Assembly: GCA_965216315.1 (NCBI GenBank)
Contig: CBDCFN010000016.1
Coordinates: 672,001 to 736,000 of the forward strand
Direction of reading: 5' to 3'
DNA length: 64,000 nt
From: a bacterium
GTDB taxonomy: Bacteria; UBA10199; 2-02-FULL-50-16; JAJFLM01
The number at the start of each line of letters is the position of its first letter. Position 1 is the first letter of the stretch. Positions 34,901 through 43,977 of this stretch are shown piece by piece. A model generated the notes under the pieces. That model was not told the origin of the DNA. It saw only the letters and a list, made by a program, of their open reading frames with translations, and searched no databases. Both the position numbers and the translations under genes were made by a program.

Positions 34901-35150
34901 CGCGCAATCGCGCGCCACGGATATTGGCGAGGGGACCGGAGAGATCCAGGGCCCCACATCGGATGCCGCGCGTTGGGGCCTCGATGCGGACAAGGCCTCC
35001 ATTGAGGCCCATTGGGAGCAAATGAGTGTCGACGATGACCGGACGGGCTGGATCGGCGCCGCGTGACGGGACGAAAATGGTCGCGGACCCGCTAAAGACC
35101 CCGTTCAAAGGAGTTGAATTGGTACAGATATTGTTAAGTTCAGGCGGCAT
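31914..35150 (-). CDS. 1078-aa beta-rich hypothetical protein, paralog of the N-terminal half of 20172-26591
   Basis: Shared blocks MTIDFGDGPN/MTVNFGEGNN, GRMALPSQAFP/GRFALPTGAYP, PRVGGIRIRI/PQVGGIRLEL and IQSESPHASY/IQTDSPEAEY. Confidence 0.85.
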   Translation of the reverse strand: MPPELNNICTNSTPLNGVFSGSATIFVPSRGADPARPVIVDTHLLPMGLNGGLVRIEAPTRGIRCGALDLSGPLANIRGARLRALREDIYPDWMPSWIGVNILFRPEQIFLNDGSPTISGQVEHRSRFSDEPHRLWWPFGLNQDLNLLSQLPLGFNYRDELICDDERDWEVDHDLPTTRRLRDGIPSPLDFPTMIGLGLDVSEMAAAGGCPQDPDLHINPPTLIARDPQNPLSALPYLLRARTNGVVNIAGQTMEIQPDPEHPYRFSPMTIDFGDGPNLASWSVAFDNPRLRDQLRRRDQPAEHAQLVANLLTTFDFQQIRIHDPIAGERSIHLPIQGVINTTAQVDGPPSPRLLDDVLAQIFLHGVITQEGNIEVINIEGVPDITVERSNNPNQLISNLSISYLSGGHVRLLGNAQASLDIQSAQMGDRILDRPLSAQAQLTADEQGVLIDLSGRMALPSQAFPVHFSDGHVTLPYFHLLVAPDIRIDPTSVHHVDHVSGNIDGMVNLTDISGSSGEHLFQNISGQIHTSGDFSIENDLVTLNILNQLNLSGHLNGNTLQSDAAVGLRLQDTPYQDSETGERRVTRMIQLSDLSLLGPLNADIGAVQLRGDASALQNIQVTLNSSLRNNPLTHPLGYTSQAHFTAEVHDLRITIPRSAIPDAPALAGTLNISGQVSGDLSLLNRTSETSVPELAPRVGGIRIRIDNARIRRNGETLASGITLHIRDEVNEAGQPQFVVRAELNGHLNNLVGQLPGRSVFDGILNGIENFLRGLAPDLGRSVRTARENSRDMIPSRARLFAEGIVIPMNSEAIASTLDPDSYRDGSAVTCTADSASCEPEDGDRYYNIGGIQDVSIPSFLVRAIIRNLGRIDLRGHANLQQIQSESPHASYEASLPIRQRSIPYRSRDGQTRGTITVLPGRFSVRGSESGSSSRLRIRGFRINLTQTREDGSTIQQEGELLMDGSISTRVDMERQRLRIPRRRHRLQGNLTITERNAAGEIQSQNRTAVDTTSIVSGSGNLRHGRLRIRIPENIVTEEVLHGFETGGVRVAPETRVRSQQGESELTVDINVRALLRGR

Positions 35151-35209
35151 AGATCATGGTCTCCGTGAGGTCTAAGGACCTCTCGTCAAACCATGACAAC
35201 CCACTAACA

Positions 35210-35236
35210 TCTTCGCAGGGGGTAGCTAAAAGTTGC
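35210..35236 (-). promoter_or_regulatory. putative sigma28-like promoter
   Basis: Minus strand GCAACTTT-N11-TGCGAAGA upstream of ATG 35150. Confidence 0.55.
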
Positions 35237-35280
35237 CTCAAAAACCCTGTAATTGTTTGCGAATTTCTTCAAATGGGTCT

Positions 35281-35334
35281 GTAGGGGCGCCCCTTGGCGC
35301 GCCCAAGTGAGGGTGCAGCAAGCGGCACCCCTAC
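35281..35334. repeat. inverted REP doublet (REPIN-like) GTAGGGG...CCCCTAC
   Basis: GTAGGGGCGCCCCTTGGCGCGCCC followed by the inverted copy GGGTGCAGCAAGCGGCACCCCTAC, just downstream of the acs stop. Confidence 0.7.
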
Positions 35335-35338
35335 GGTA

Positions 35339-37312
35339 TTAAACAGCGCCCTGTAGCAGGTCTTGGACAACGCTCGGATCGGCCAAAGTCGTTATGTCAC
35401 CAAGGTTTTCCGTCTCGCCCTCGGCGATTTTGCGCAGGATGCGGCGCATGATCTTTCCTGAGCGCGTTTTGGGCAGGGCCGCCGCAAATTGGAGGCGATC
35501 CGGAGTGGCCGTGGGCCCAATCTCTTTCCTGACATGGGCGACGAGTTCTTTGCGCAAGGCTTCGGTATTATCGATGCCTTCCTTGAGGGTAACGTAGGCA
35601 TGGATGCCTTGGCCTTTCACTTCATGAGGAAAACCGACGACCGCGGATTCGGCGACGGCGTCGTGGGAGACGAGCGCGCTTTCGACTTCCGCCGTGCCGA
35701 TGCGATGTCCAGAGATGTTGAGGACATCGTCGATGCGTCCCATCAGCCAATAATCACCATCTTCGTCAATTCGGGCCCCGTCGCCGGTAAAGTACATACC
35801 GGGAAAACGACTGAAGTAAGCCTCTTTAAAGCGTTCATGCTGACCGTAAACCGTCCGCATGATACCGGGCCAAGGTTTCTTAATGATTAGATAGCCACCT
35901 TCGTTGGTTTGGCATTCACTGCCATCTTCGCGGATGATTGCAGGTTCCACGCCAAAAAAAGGTCGTGACGCCGAGCCCGGTTTCGTTGTCATCGCGCCGG
36001 GTAGCGGCGTAATGAGAATACCACCTGTTTCAGTCTGCCACCAAGTATCAACGATGGGGCACTGTTTGTTGCCAACCACTTCTTGATACCAGATCCAGGC
36101 CTCGGGATTGATCGGCTCTCCGACTGTGCCAAGTATCTTTAACGATGAAAGATCATGTTTGGTGACAGGTTCATCACCTTCGCGCATCAAGGCGCGTATC
36201 GCTGTCGGTGCCGTGTAAAAGGTGTTGACCTTATATTGTTCGACGATGGACCAAAAACGATCAGCAGCCGGGTAGGTCGGGATGCCTTCGAACATCACTG
36301 ATTGCGCCTGATTGCAGAGCGGCCCATAGACAATGTAACTATGTCCGGTGACCCAACCGATGTCTGCCGTGCACCAAAAGAGATCCTCCGGATGATAATC
36401 GAAGACGTATTTAAAGGTGGTCGCTGCATAGACCATGTAACCAGCGGTTGTATGCAGGACCCCCTTGGGCTTGCCGGTTGAGCCGGAGGTGTAAAGGATA
36501 AAGAGGGGGTCTTCGGCCTCCATGGGTTCGGCCGGGCACTCCGTTGAAGCGGTGGTGACCGTATCATGCCACCAGACATCGCGCCCGTTTTTCATGTTAA
36601 TAGCAGTTCCCGTGCGTTTGACGACGAGACATTTGTCTACCTCATGGCCTTGTTGCTGACACAGCTCAAGGGCCTGGTCACAGATGCCTTTTATGGGAAT
36701 CTCTTTGGCACCGCGATAACCGCCATCACTGGTGATCAAGTGAGAACAGCCGGCATCGAGGATGCGATCTTTGAGGGACTCGGCACTAAAGCCACCAAAG
36801 ACGACCGAGTGGACGGCCCCAATCCGCGCACAGGCGAGGAGCGTTATGGCCAGTTCGGGTATCATTGGCATGTAGATTGCGACGCGGTCGCCCTTGCTGA
36901 CCCCTAACTTTTTCAGGGCATTCGCGCACTGACAGGCCTGGGCGTGCAGTTCACCATAGGTGATGCGGCGCTCTTCACCGGGTTCGTTGCCGACCCATAG
37001 AAAGGCGAGGCGATCCGCGGCAGCGGGGAGGTGACGATCGAGGGCATTATAGCAGATATTGGTTTGCGCCCCCTCAAACCACTTGATTTCGATCTTGTCG
37101 TTCCACTCATAGGAACAAACCTGATCCCATTTTTTGAACCACGTAAAATCAGCGGCCAGCTCCGCCCAGAAGGCCTCGGGTTCCCGAATGGATCGGTCAT
37201 ATAGTTCTTGATAGTGTTGGGGTGAATTGACCCAGGCGCGCTTGCGGATAATCTCCGTCGGTGGAAAATGACGGCCTTCGTGACTCAATGACTCGATACT
37301 GTCGGAAGTCAT
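35339..37312 (-). CDS. acs: acetyl-CoA synthetase (acetate--CoA ligase)
   Basis: [34 protein letters not shown] and [16 protein letters not shown] motifs. Start set at ATG 37312 (MTSDSIES). Confidence 0.97.
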   Translation of the reverse strand: MTSDSIESLSHEGRHFPPTEIIRKRAWVNSPQHYQELYDRSIREPEAFWAELAADFTWFKKWDQVCSYEWNDKIEIKWFEGAQTNICYNALDRHLPAAADRLAFLWVGNEPGEERRITYGELHAQACQCANALKKLGVSKGDRVAIYMPMIPELAITLLACARIGAVHSVVFGGFSAESLKDRILDAGCSHLITSDGGYRGAKEIPIKGICDQALELCQQQGHEVDKCLVVKRTGTAINMKNGRDVWWHDTVTTASTECPAEPMEAEDPLFILYTSGSTGKPKGVLHTTAGYMVYAATTFKYVFDYHPEDLFWCTADIGWVTGHSYIVYGPLCNQAQSVMFEGIPTYPAADRFWSIVEQYKVNTFYTAPTAIRALMREGDEPVTKHDLSSLKILGTVGEPINPEAWIWYQEVVGNKQCPIVDTWWQTETGGILITPLPGAMTTKPGSASRPFFGVEPAIIREDGSECQTNEGGYLIIKKPWPGIMRTVYGQHERFKEAYFSRFPGMYFTGDGARIDEDGDYWLMGRIDDVLNISGHRIGTAEVESALVSHDAVAESAVVGFPHEVKGQGIHAYVTLKEGIDNTEALRKELVAHVRKEIGPTATPDRLQFAAALPKTRSGKIMRRILRKIAEGETENLGDITTLADPSVVQDLLQGAV

Positions 37313-37361
37313 TGCCAAGGGGAACCAAATCCGTTTAATTTTGTCAACGGAGGGTATTACG

Positions 37362-37769
37362 ATGTCGAAAATGACAATGAAGTATGAAGGGGATCTTGAG
37401 CTGAGCGTGCGCCACGAGCTCTCAGGTGTGGAAATTAAGACAGATGCGCCACCGGACAACCGAGGGAAAGGGCGCAGCTTTTCGCCGACGGATTTGATGG
37501 CGACGTCGATTGCGAGTTGTTATCTGACTTTGATGGGGATAGGCGCTGACGAAATGGGTGTCGATATTACCGGGATGTCCGCGGATGTCGAAAAGATCAT
37601 GGTTAATGAACCGACCCGGCGCATCGGCGAAGTCAAAGTGGATGTCCAGATGCCCGCAGGAATACCGGAAGACAAGCGGGAGGATTTGATTGCTTGGGCC
37701 AAGAAGTGCCCCGTGTGTAAGACCTTGTCGCCGGAATTGAAGGTGACGGTGAATTATAATTGGCCTTAG
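37362..37769 (+). CDS. OsmC family protein
   Basis: [25 protein letters not shown] and KCPV motifs. SD GGAGG at 37349. Confidence 0.9.
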   Translation: MSKMTMKYEGDLELSVRHELSGVEIKTDAPPDNRGKGRSFSPTDLMATSIASCYLTLMGIGADEMGVDITGMSADVEKIMVNEPTRRIGEVKVDVQMPAGIPEDKREDLIAWAKKCPVCKTLSPELKVTVNYNWP

Positions 37770-37789
37770 GGGCGCTGCTAGCCGCGCCC
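37767..37789 (+). repeat. REP-like element spanning two convergent stop codons
   Basis: TAGGGGCGCTGCTAGCCGCGCCC. Confidence 0.5.
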
Positions 37790-38242
37790 TAATTTAACAA
37801 TCCGATCAAAATGTTTCTTTTCAACTGGCTGCACAGAGAGCCGCATGCCTCTTTTGATGACGAGCATGCCGGAACAGGCGGGGTCTAGTTTAATTTGATC
37901 TAGCGTCACGATCTCCGGAAATTTCTCTACGAATTTCACATCGACCATGTGCCAGATTGGATTTTCAGGACTGGCCTTGGGATCGAGATGGTGAGTGCTA
38001 CCGTCCCAGGCCGTAAAATCGGGATAGCCCTCTTTGCAGACCTCAGCGAGGCCAGCGACGCCGGTAGGCTTGGCGTTGGAATGATAAAACAGTACGCCGT
38101 CGCCTTTCTTCATATCGTCACGCATGAAATTTCGGGCTTGATAATTACGAACCCCGTCCCATTCGCCGCGCTTATCGCGCTTAAGGTCGTCGATGGAGTA
38201 GGAGCCAGGCTCGCTTTTCATTAGCCAATAACGTTTCGGCAT
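37778..38242 (-). CDS. EVE domain protein
   Basis: YWLMKSEP, WDGVRNYQARNFMR, FYHSN and RLSVQPV motifs. Confidence 0.95.
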   Translation of the reverse strand: MPKRYWLMKSEPGSYSIDDLKRDKRGEWDGVRNYQARNFMRDDMKKGDGVLFYHSNAKPTGVAGLAEVCKEGYPDFTAWDGSTHHLDPKASPENPIWHMVDVKFVEKFPEIVTLDQIKLDPACSGMLVIKRGMRLSVQPVEKKHFDRIVKLGRG

Positions 38243-38257
38243 GCCCTTAAATCTCCC

Positions 38258-38284
38258 ACAACTTCGCGAACGTCAAGGCGATAA
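38258..38284 (+). promoter_or_regulatory. putative sigma28-like promoter
   Basis: ACAACTTC-N11-GGCGATAA, 9 nt before ATG 38294. No SD. Confidence 0.55.
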
Positions 38285-38293
38285 GCCCGGCAT

Positions 38294-39484
38294 ATGGTGC
38301 TGAATGTCCTCAATGGGATGCTTTCCCTCCAGCAATTCGGTCAAGCGGCGCTCGTTTCCGGTCTCTTGATTCGCAACGGATCCCATAGCGCTCAAGCGCG
38401 TGATTTGGCACAAGACAAGGTGTGGCTGTCCGAATCGGCCGAGGCCATCGCAGCGGATCCTGATGCCGACTTAGGTGAGCTCGTCGGGGAGCTCAATGCC
38501 CGGGCCTTGGACAAAATTGCCACGGTAGTTGCGATGGCCCGGCCGCAGCTGGAGCGGATACCGGCGGGGGTTCATATTATTGGAGAAGAACAAAAGGCCC
38601 GGTGGCGAGAATTTCCAGCGTTTGACTTAGCCGCGACGCCGGTTAGTTATCGTCAGTATGTTGATCTTGCCAAGGTTTGCGGCCTGATGTTGCGACGTCC
38701 TCACGACTTGGTCAAAAGCGATACGCATCCGATCGTCAATGTGTCATGGTTTAGTGCCCATGAATACGCGGCGTGGTTGACCGTACTGACCGGCGAGACT
38801 TATCGGATGCCGACCGAAGCGGAGTGGGAACGTGCGGCGCGTGGCAATCCGGTTCTCCTTAATGACCGTACGGACGAAGCGAAGGCAGAAGAATTCTTTC
38901 GAAATCACTGGGACAACCATTTTGAGAACGGTTTCATTTGGGATGAACGGAGTCTCTTGCGAGAGAAGGCACAGATTATTCATGATGATGAGCAGCTCAG
39001 TCGATTTATTGAGGTGGGTATTCAAGTCGGGGCGTATCATGTGTATGGGACCGATAATGGCAGTCTCGATGGCGTGCGTGCCTTGTGGAGCAGTCACTGT
39101 CCACTTACCAGTGGCTGTTACGGAGCGAATCCGTTCGGGCTGTACGACATGTGCGGCAATACGTACGAGATGACCGTCGGTGAAGAGGAGCAGCCCGTGC
39201 TCAAGTCGGGCTATTTTAAGCAGCAAGATCACTGGGAGCTGCGCGCCGCCTCTCGGATCGATGTTGCAAAGATACATTGGCATCTTGCCCAGCGCGCGCA
39301 CCACATCCAATTGCTGCGTTCTTGGCTCTATCTCCCGCAATATGCTCGCTTCGAGCATGATGAATTGGCGATTCCGCCGATTAGTTTTCGCCTGTTGCGT
39401 GAAACAGCGCCGGTACCCGAGGCCATGAATAGGGCCCTCCTGGCCGTGACCGAAGGGACGAAGCGCTCCAACTGGAGTCGTTAG
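38294..39484 (+). CDS. formylglycine-generating enzyme (FGE/SUMF1) domain protein with N-terminal extension
   Basis: HPIVNVSWFSA, YRMPTEAEWERAARG, NPFGLYDMCGN and SFRL motifs. Confidence 0.88.
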   Translation: MVLNVLNGMLSLQQFGQAALVSGLLIRNGSHSAQARDLAQDKVWLSESAEAIAADPDADLGELVGELNARALDKIATVVAMARPQLERIPAGVHIIGEEQKARWREFPAFDLAATPVSYRQYVDLAKVCGLMLRRPHDLVKSDTHPIVNVSWFSAHEYAAWLTVLTGETYRMPTEAEWERAARGNPVLLNDRTDEAKAEEFFRNHWDNHFENGFIWDERSLLREKAQIIHDDEQLSRFIEVGIQVGAYHVYGTDNGSLDGVRALWSSHCPLTSGCYGANPFGLYDMCGNTYEMTVGEEEQPVLKSGYFKQQDHWELRAASRIDVAKIHWHLAQRAHHIQLLRSWLYLPQYARFEHDELAIPPISFRLLRETAPVPEAMNRALLAVTEGTKRSNWSR

Positions 39485-39519
39485 TTTTCAAGGATTTCAG
39501 TCCCTTCCCGAATAAGTGC

Positions 39520-39547
39520 GAAACAATTTATCCCATTCGGGCGATGA
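39520..39547 (+). promoter_or_regulatory. putative sigma28-like promoter (variant)
   Basis: GAAACAAT-N12-GGCGATGA upstream of SD GGAGG (39559) and TTG 39572. Confidence 0.4.
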
Positions 39548-39571
39548 TGCCGGTATCGGGAGGGTTTCGTA

Positions 39572-41701
39572 TTGCTTTTTGCGGGTTCAGTGCCAATTTC
39601 AACTCTTTGCGCCTCAGCCTCGACGGCGCAACTTGCCGCCAGTATTGGACTTGTCGCCAATATGACCCAAGCGGCAAATAATCAAGAGCTCGTGACAATT
39701 TATGCAAATCTTCCCCGGAACTTAGAAGATTGGCGCTCGCATGGCCTTGAGGGAGATGAATTAACGGCGGTCGCAGCAATGATAGGGCAGGAACCGGAGG
39801 GACGCCTGTTGGCAGATCGGTTGCTGGCCTTGGAAGGGCGGCTCTGGGGGGAGATTGTTCAAGGACGCCAACTCGATGAACCGCTCCGGCAGGTGCTTCA
39901 TCAACGTTTGAATCGCGAGCTGACGACGAAGCGGAATTTTGTCGAAAAGGCCTCCCGGTGGATACGCCAGCCCTGGCTCAAGGCCTTCATGTATCATGCG
40001 CGCGTCTCATCGCTTCCCTCGACAGGCAATGTCCATTGGACTCCTTTGGTGCAATCCTTTGAGTTGGAACGTGAACTAGGGCGCCCTGTTTTTCTCAAGC
40101 TTGAAAGCGAACAGTCGGTTGGGTCTTTTAAGAATCGCGGTGCCACGAATCTTTTGATTCATCAAATGATTGATCTTATGCTCGCTGGTGTCGACCCGCG
40201 TGATGTCAGCGTCGTGACGGCCAGTCACGGCAATGCGGCGCAAGGCGTTGTTCAAGCGGCACATAATTTGGGGATCCCCAATGTTATTGTCTATCTTCCG
40301 AAAAACGCCTCGCGACTTAAGCGGCGTCAACTTATTGATCAGGGTGCGGAAGTGCGGCTCCAAGGTCAGACTTTCGAAGAGGCGGAAGATAGGGCTCGTG
40401 AGGAGAGTGCGCCGTCGCATCTGTCTCTTTTTGTGCCGGCATTTCGTCACGATTTGATTGCCGAAGGACAGGGCTCGATCGGCTTAGAGATTGAAGCCGA
40501 TATGAAGGCCTTCGGGCATAATGAGTTTGCTGTCATTGCCGGGGCCGGTGGGCTTGGTTTGTTGAGCGGTTTATCCGTTGCACTCAGTGCCAATCATTCC
40601 ATTTTCGGCGTTGAATCTGAATTGCTCGCATTTGCTTCTCGCTCTTTTGCTGTCGGTGAGGTCGTGCAGCCGGCAGACATTAATCATATTGATACGGTTG
40701 CGGATGGCAGCGCGTTGCTGCGTATCGACGGACAACTCTTTGATCGCTATGTGAAACCAGGAGTGCAAGACATTGTTGCCATTCCGGAACCGGAGATTCA
40801 GGGGGCGATTGCAGCACTCCATGATTTCAATGTGATGGCCGAGGGCTCCGCAGCGGCCACCGTGGGGGCGATGCTTTTCGGTGGCCTTAAGCTAGAGCGT
40901 TATGGGGTTCCGAGTGATCTTCCCGTTGTGTTTGTCGTTTCCGGAAAAAATATCGATGAAGAGGTAAGGGCGCCGGTGTTGGCGAAGTATCGGCAAGGTG
41001 ATTGGCGCCGTCTTGAGCGTGAGGCACGTACCGAAGATTTGAACCGCTATCTCACCCATCATGGCTTTGTCAGGGATAATGTGGTCTTGCCGCTGATTGA
41101 TGAGGTTAAGCCTTATCATTATATAAGGACACTCAATTTTGTTGATTTTCTTGCGTGTCGGCTCCCTGAAGGCTGGGACCTCATCGATGCCTTTCGCGAA
41201 CTTGACTTCGGGCCTTTTGTTGACGTGAAAGGGCCGCGTGCAACGTTTCGGAGTATGGGTGAGTTTTCGACGCGACGTTACGAGGAAGACGCTCACCAAT
41301 TAGGCAACCGTCTTTATGCGCTGTTTCATCCGGTTGCGAATCGCGCGAACATTGTCATTCAGGCGGGTGCGGTTGCAGCAAGTCGTCCAGAGGTCCTAGG
41401 GACGTTGATTGAGGAATTGGAACAGCAGCCAGGCACCCGGATTAAAACGTGGATTTCGCGTCTGGCAGGGGAAGCCCGCGTGATCGAGCACTATGCGCGT
41501 TACCCGGAGTGGCAGCTGCGCCTGGCCCCTGAGCTGTCTGAGCGTGAACGGCACAGCAAGATGAGGCGTCTACTTGATGTAGTCGATCGACTGAATAGGG
41601 CCATCGCGCAGTTGTTGCCTCACTTTGAGTCGGATACCAACACGCAATTGTTCCTGCTCTCGGCACTCAATCAACCCATCCCCGTACCGATAAAAAAATA
41701 A
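39572..41701 (+). CDS. PLP-dependent threonine/serine dehydratase-like protein with long N- and C-terminal extensions
   Basis: TPL..S..L, FLKLE...GSFKNRGA (PLP lysine), TASHGNAAQG, GQGSIGLEI and VSGKNID motifs. The tail does not resemble ACT domains by eye. Confidence 0.85.
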   Translation: MLFAGSVPISTLCASASTAQLAASIGLVANMTQAANNQELVTIYANLPRNLEDWRSHGLEGDELTAVAAMIGQEPEGRLLADRLLALEGRLWGEIVQGRQLDEPLRQVLHQRLNRELTTKRNFVEKASRWIRQPWLKAFMYHARVSSLPSTGNVHWTPLVQSFELERELGRPVFLKLESEQSVGSFKNRGATNLLIHQMIDLMLAGVDPRDVSVVTASHGNAAQGVVQAAHNLGIPNVIVYLPKNASRLKRRQLIDQGAEVRLQGQTFEEAEDRAREESAPSHLSLFVPAFRHDLIAEGQGSIGLEIEADMKAFGHNEFAVIAGAGGLGLLSGLSVALSANHSIFGVESELLAFASRSFAVGEVVQPADINHIDTVADGSALLRIDGQLFDRYVKPGVQDIVAIPEPEIQGAIAALHDFNVMAEGSAAATVGAMLFGGLKLERYGVPSDLPVVFVVSGKNIDEEVRAPVLAKYRQGDWRRLEREARTEDLNRYLTHHGFVRDNVVLPLIDEVKPYHYIRTLNFVDFLACRLPEGWDLIDAFRELDFGPFVDVKGPRATFRSMGEFSTRRYEEDAHQLGNRLYALFHPVANRANIVIQAGAVAASRPEVLGTLIEELEQQPGTRIKTWISRLAGEARVIEHYARYPEWQLRLAPELSERERHSKMRRLLDVVDRLNRAIAQLLPHFESDTNTQLFLLSALNQPIPVPIKK

Positions 41702-41728
41702 GCAACCTTTGGTAGGGCCCTCCGAAGA
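41702..41728 (+). promoter_or_regulatory. putative sigma28-like promoter
   Basis: GCAACCTT-N11-TCCGAAGA upstream of SD GGAGG and ATG 41776. Confidence 0.55.
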
Positions 41729-41775
41729 AGGACTGGGTTATTAATCGAGCCATCTAGGATGGAGGGTCATCGGGC

Positions 41776-43878
41776 ATGACGGGTCTATTTTCGGCAATTT
41801 CCACGACATCATTTATTGGGGCATCAAGTTCAGTGCTCGCGTCGGCTGCAATGCCGGGGTCCACTCGCTATCATCTGCCCCGCACAGGTTATTTCGAGTC
41901 ACGCCGGGGAATGCCACTCCATACCTTAGCAGGCTACGCGGAGGCGGAACGCTTGGTTGGTTTGGTTGGTACGAATCTTGGAACCCGTATGTTCGTGCCG
42001 TTTCGGCCGCCATTGGAATATTCGCCGTACGGAGCGGGAGTTGTTGAACGGATACGGGAGAGACCGGACCTAGCGTCGGAGCTGACGGGTCGCTGGGATC
42101 GCGCCATCGTTGTCTCACCGGGGACAGCTATTCTAGGGCTAGGAGAAGCGCCTCGCAACAAGACAGGTTTGATCCTCGCCGAAGCCGGTATGCCGATCAT
42201 GGCGGGTAAAGCAAAGTTTTTTCTACAAAGTGCCGGTGTTAATACGGTTGCTCAATGTCTTCACGCCCATATTACCGAAGGGCAATATCAGCAGTTAGAA
42301 AGGATGAAGGCGGAAGCTCGGAAGACGAAGGACGCCGACAAGCTGTGGCAGGCGGAAGATCTAGAAAGACGTTGGCGTGCGGAGAAATTTGCCGAGATCG
42401 TGATCGCGCTGGCATGCAATTATGGCTTTATCAATATCGAAGATGCGCAGGGTAAAGATCTGCCGATTATTCTTGGGGCGTTAGAATGTCTGAAAGGTCA
42501 ATGTGCCGTTTGGTCCGATGATATGCAGGGGACCGGGGTGATCACGGCGGCGGGTGTTCTTGCTTGGGCGGACCAGACCGATCGTGATGTGACGCAGATT
42601 CGCGTTATTCTCATGGGCGCTGGGGCCGGTTCGATGGGGGTCTATAATGAATTGTTGAATCACGGGGTGAAGGCCGAGAACATCCTTGTCACGGACAGTC
42701 GAGGTGTCTTGCATGAGGGACGGCGGGATGTTGACGGCGATCCGTTTAAAGAGAAGTTGCGCATGGGCATTGATGCCGGCACGACGGTTGAGGCCTTTGC
42801 CAAGGGGGCGGATGCGCTGATTAATTTGGGTGTACCCGAGAGTCTTACCGACGATCTCGTGTGGACGCGTCGAATTACCGAAAGCCTGGCGAAGAATCCG
42901 TTGTTTGCGCCGATGACCAATCCGGAACCGGGAATAACGCCGGATATGCTGCGGGGGGTGAGAGAGGATGCTTTTTATGCGAGCGGCAATCAGCAGTATG
43001 TAAATCCGTTTAATAATTTTACCGCTTTCGGGCAAATAGGCGCCGGATCTCTGATTGCAAAGGCCGGTGGTGTCGGGGCTGGAATGACGGTGGCCGCGGC
43101 TCACGGAATTCTTGAAGTGGCTAAGCTGGGTGCGCCGGAATGGCTGCGCGATCGCCTCCCAAAAGAACAGAGGCAATACGGAAGACATTGGCTGGTGCCC
43201 CATCCCTTAGATATTCGGCTCATTGCTCACGAAGCCGGTGCCGTGGCCAAGGCGGCGGCACGGGAGGGTCTTGCAACCGGATTTGTTGATAACCCGACCA
43301 AGGCAGACTACGAAGCATTCGACGCCAAGGTTGATAGGCAAGTAAGGCTCCGTACCAGACATGTTCGTACTATGCGCGATAAAGCGGCAGAGGAAGGAAG
43401 AAATTACTTGCAAGAAAATTACGAAGATCGTTACGCGCCGTTTACGTTGCCGGGTCGGCAACAATCCGTCTATGATGTTGCGCCAGAGATTCCGTTTGAT
43501 GAATTCGAACGTCATGCGCGGGCGATGGGTGTAAAGGAAGAGCGCTGGCAACAATTCCTGAACGGCGACGGTGAATTAAAGGGGAACGCGCTGACCGAGA
43601 TTTTAAACCTCCTCGTTACCAAGATGAAGAAAGATGCCAAGGAATTTGCAGGGGTAGAGCGAGATTGGGAACGAGAACTTGAGATTATCGTGCAAATTGC
43701 CCAGATTTATCCGGCTTTAGGGATGGCCTTGGCCTTGCGACGCTCGCGGGTTCGCAATTATGAAACGACGGGTTCCACGGTCTTTCATCGCGAGCGGGTC
43801 ATTCACGTCGTGATGCGCGAAGTGCGTGAGGCCCGCAAATCCATCTACGAATTTGCGGGGGTTCCCGATACTCCCTGA
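41776..43878 (+). CDS. divergent NAD(P)-dependent malic enzyme-like protein
   Basis: GTAILGLG, PIMAGKA, INIEDA, DDMQGTG, GAGAG, TDSRG, NPEP and NN..AF motifs. Has a helical insertion and terminal extensions. Confidence 0.85.
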   Translation: MTGLFSAISTTSFIGASSSVLASAAMPGSTRYHLPRTGYFESRRGMPLHTLAGYAEAERLVGLVGTNLGTRMFVPFRPPLEYSPYGAGVVERIRERPDLASELTGRWDRAIVVSPGTAILGLGEAPRNKTGLILAEAGMPIMAGKAKFFLQSAGVNTVAQCLHAHITEGQYQQLERMKAEARKTKDADKLWQAEDLERRWRAEKFAEIVIALACNYGFINIEDAQGKDLPIILGALECLKGQCAVWSDDMQGTGVITAAGVLAWADQTDRDVTQIRVILMGAGAGSMGVYNELLNHGVKAENILVTDSRGVLHEGRRDVDGDPFKEKLRMGIDAGTTVEAFAKGADALINLGVPESLTDDLVWTRRITESLAKNPLFAPMTNPEPGITPDMLRGVREDAFYASGNQQYVNPFNNFTAFGQIGAGSLIAKAGGVGAGMTVAAAHGILEVAKLGAPEWLRDRLPKEQRQYGRHWLVPHPLDIRLIAHEAGAVAKAAAREGLATGFVDNPTKADYEAFDAKVDRQVRLRTRHVRTMRDKAAEEGRNYLQENYEDRYAPFTLPGRQQSVYDVAPEIPFDEFERHARAMGVKEERWQQFLNGDGELKGNALTEILNLLVTKMKKDAKEFAGVERDWERELEIIVQIAQIYPALGMALALRRSRVRNYETTGSTVFHRERVIHVVMREVREARKSIYEFAGVPDTP

Positions 43879-43977
43879 TCTGAGATAGGTCGCTTAAACC
43901 CTTTGCTGCCAAGGCTTTCCCGCCGAACCCCCTAATTCCTTGCTAATTGCCCAGATTTTGGGCACCATGCCGCGGCT

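Noticed and set aside
37313..37459. N-terminal extensions given by the ORF track for acs (also bcp, rtcB and the kinase)
   Set aside because: They overlap neighbouring genes or regulatory sites, and family homology starts at the downstream ATGs.
38294..39484. Diversity-generating retroelement target (FGE/CLec fold)
   Set aside because: No reverse transcriptase, and no template repeat differing at adenines was seen in the window.
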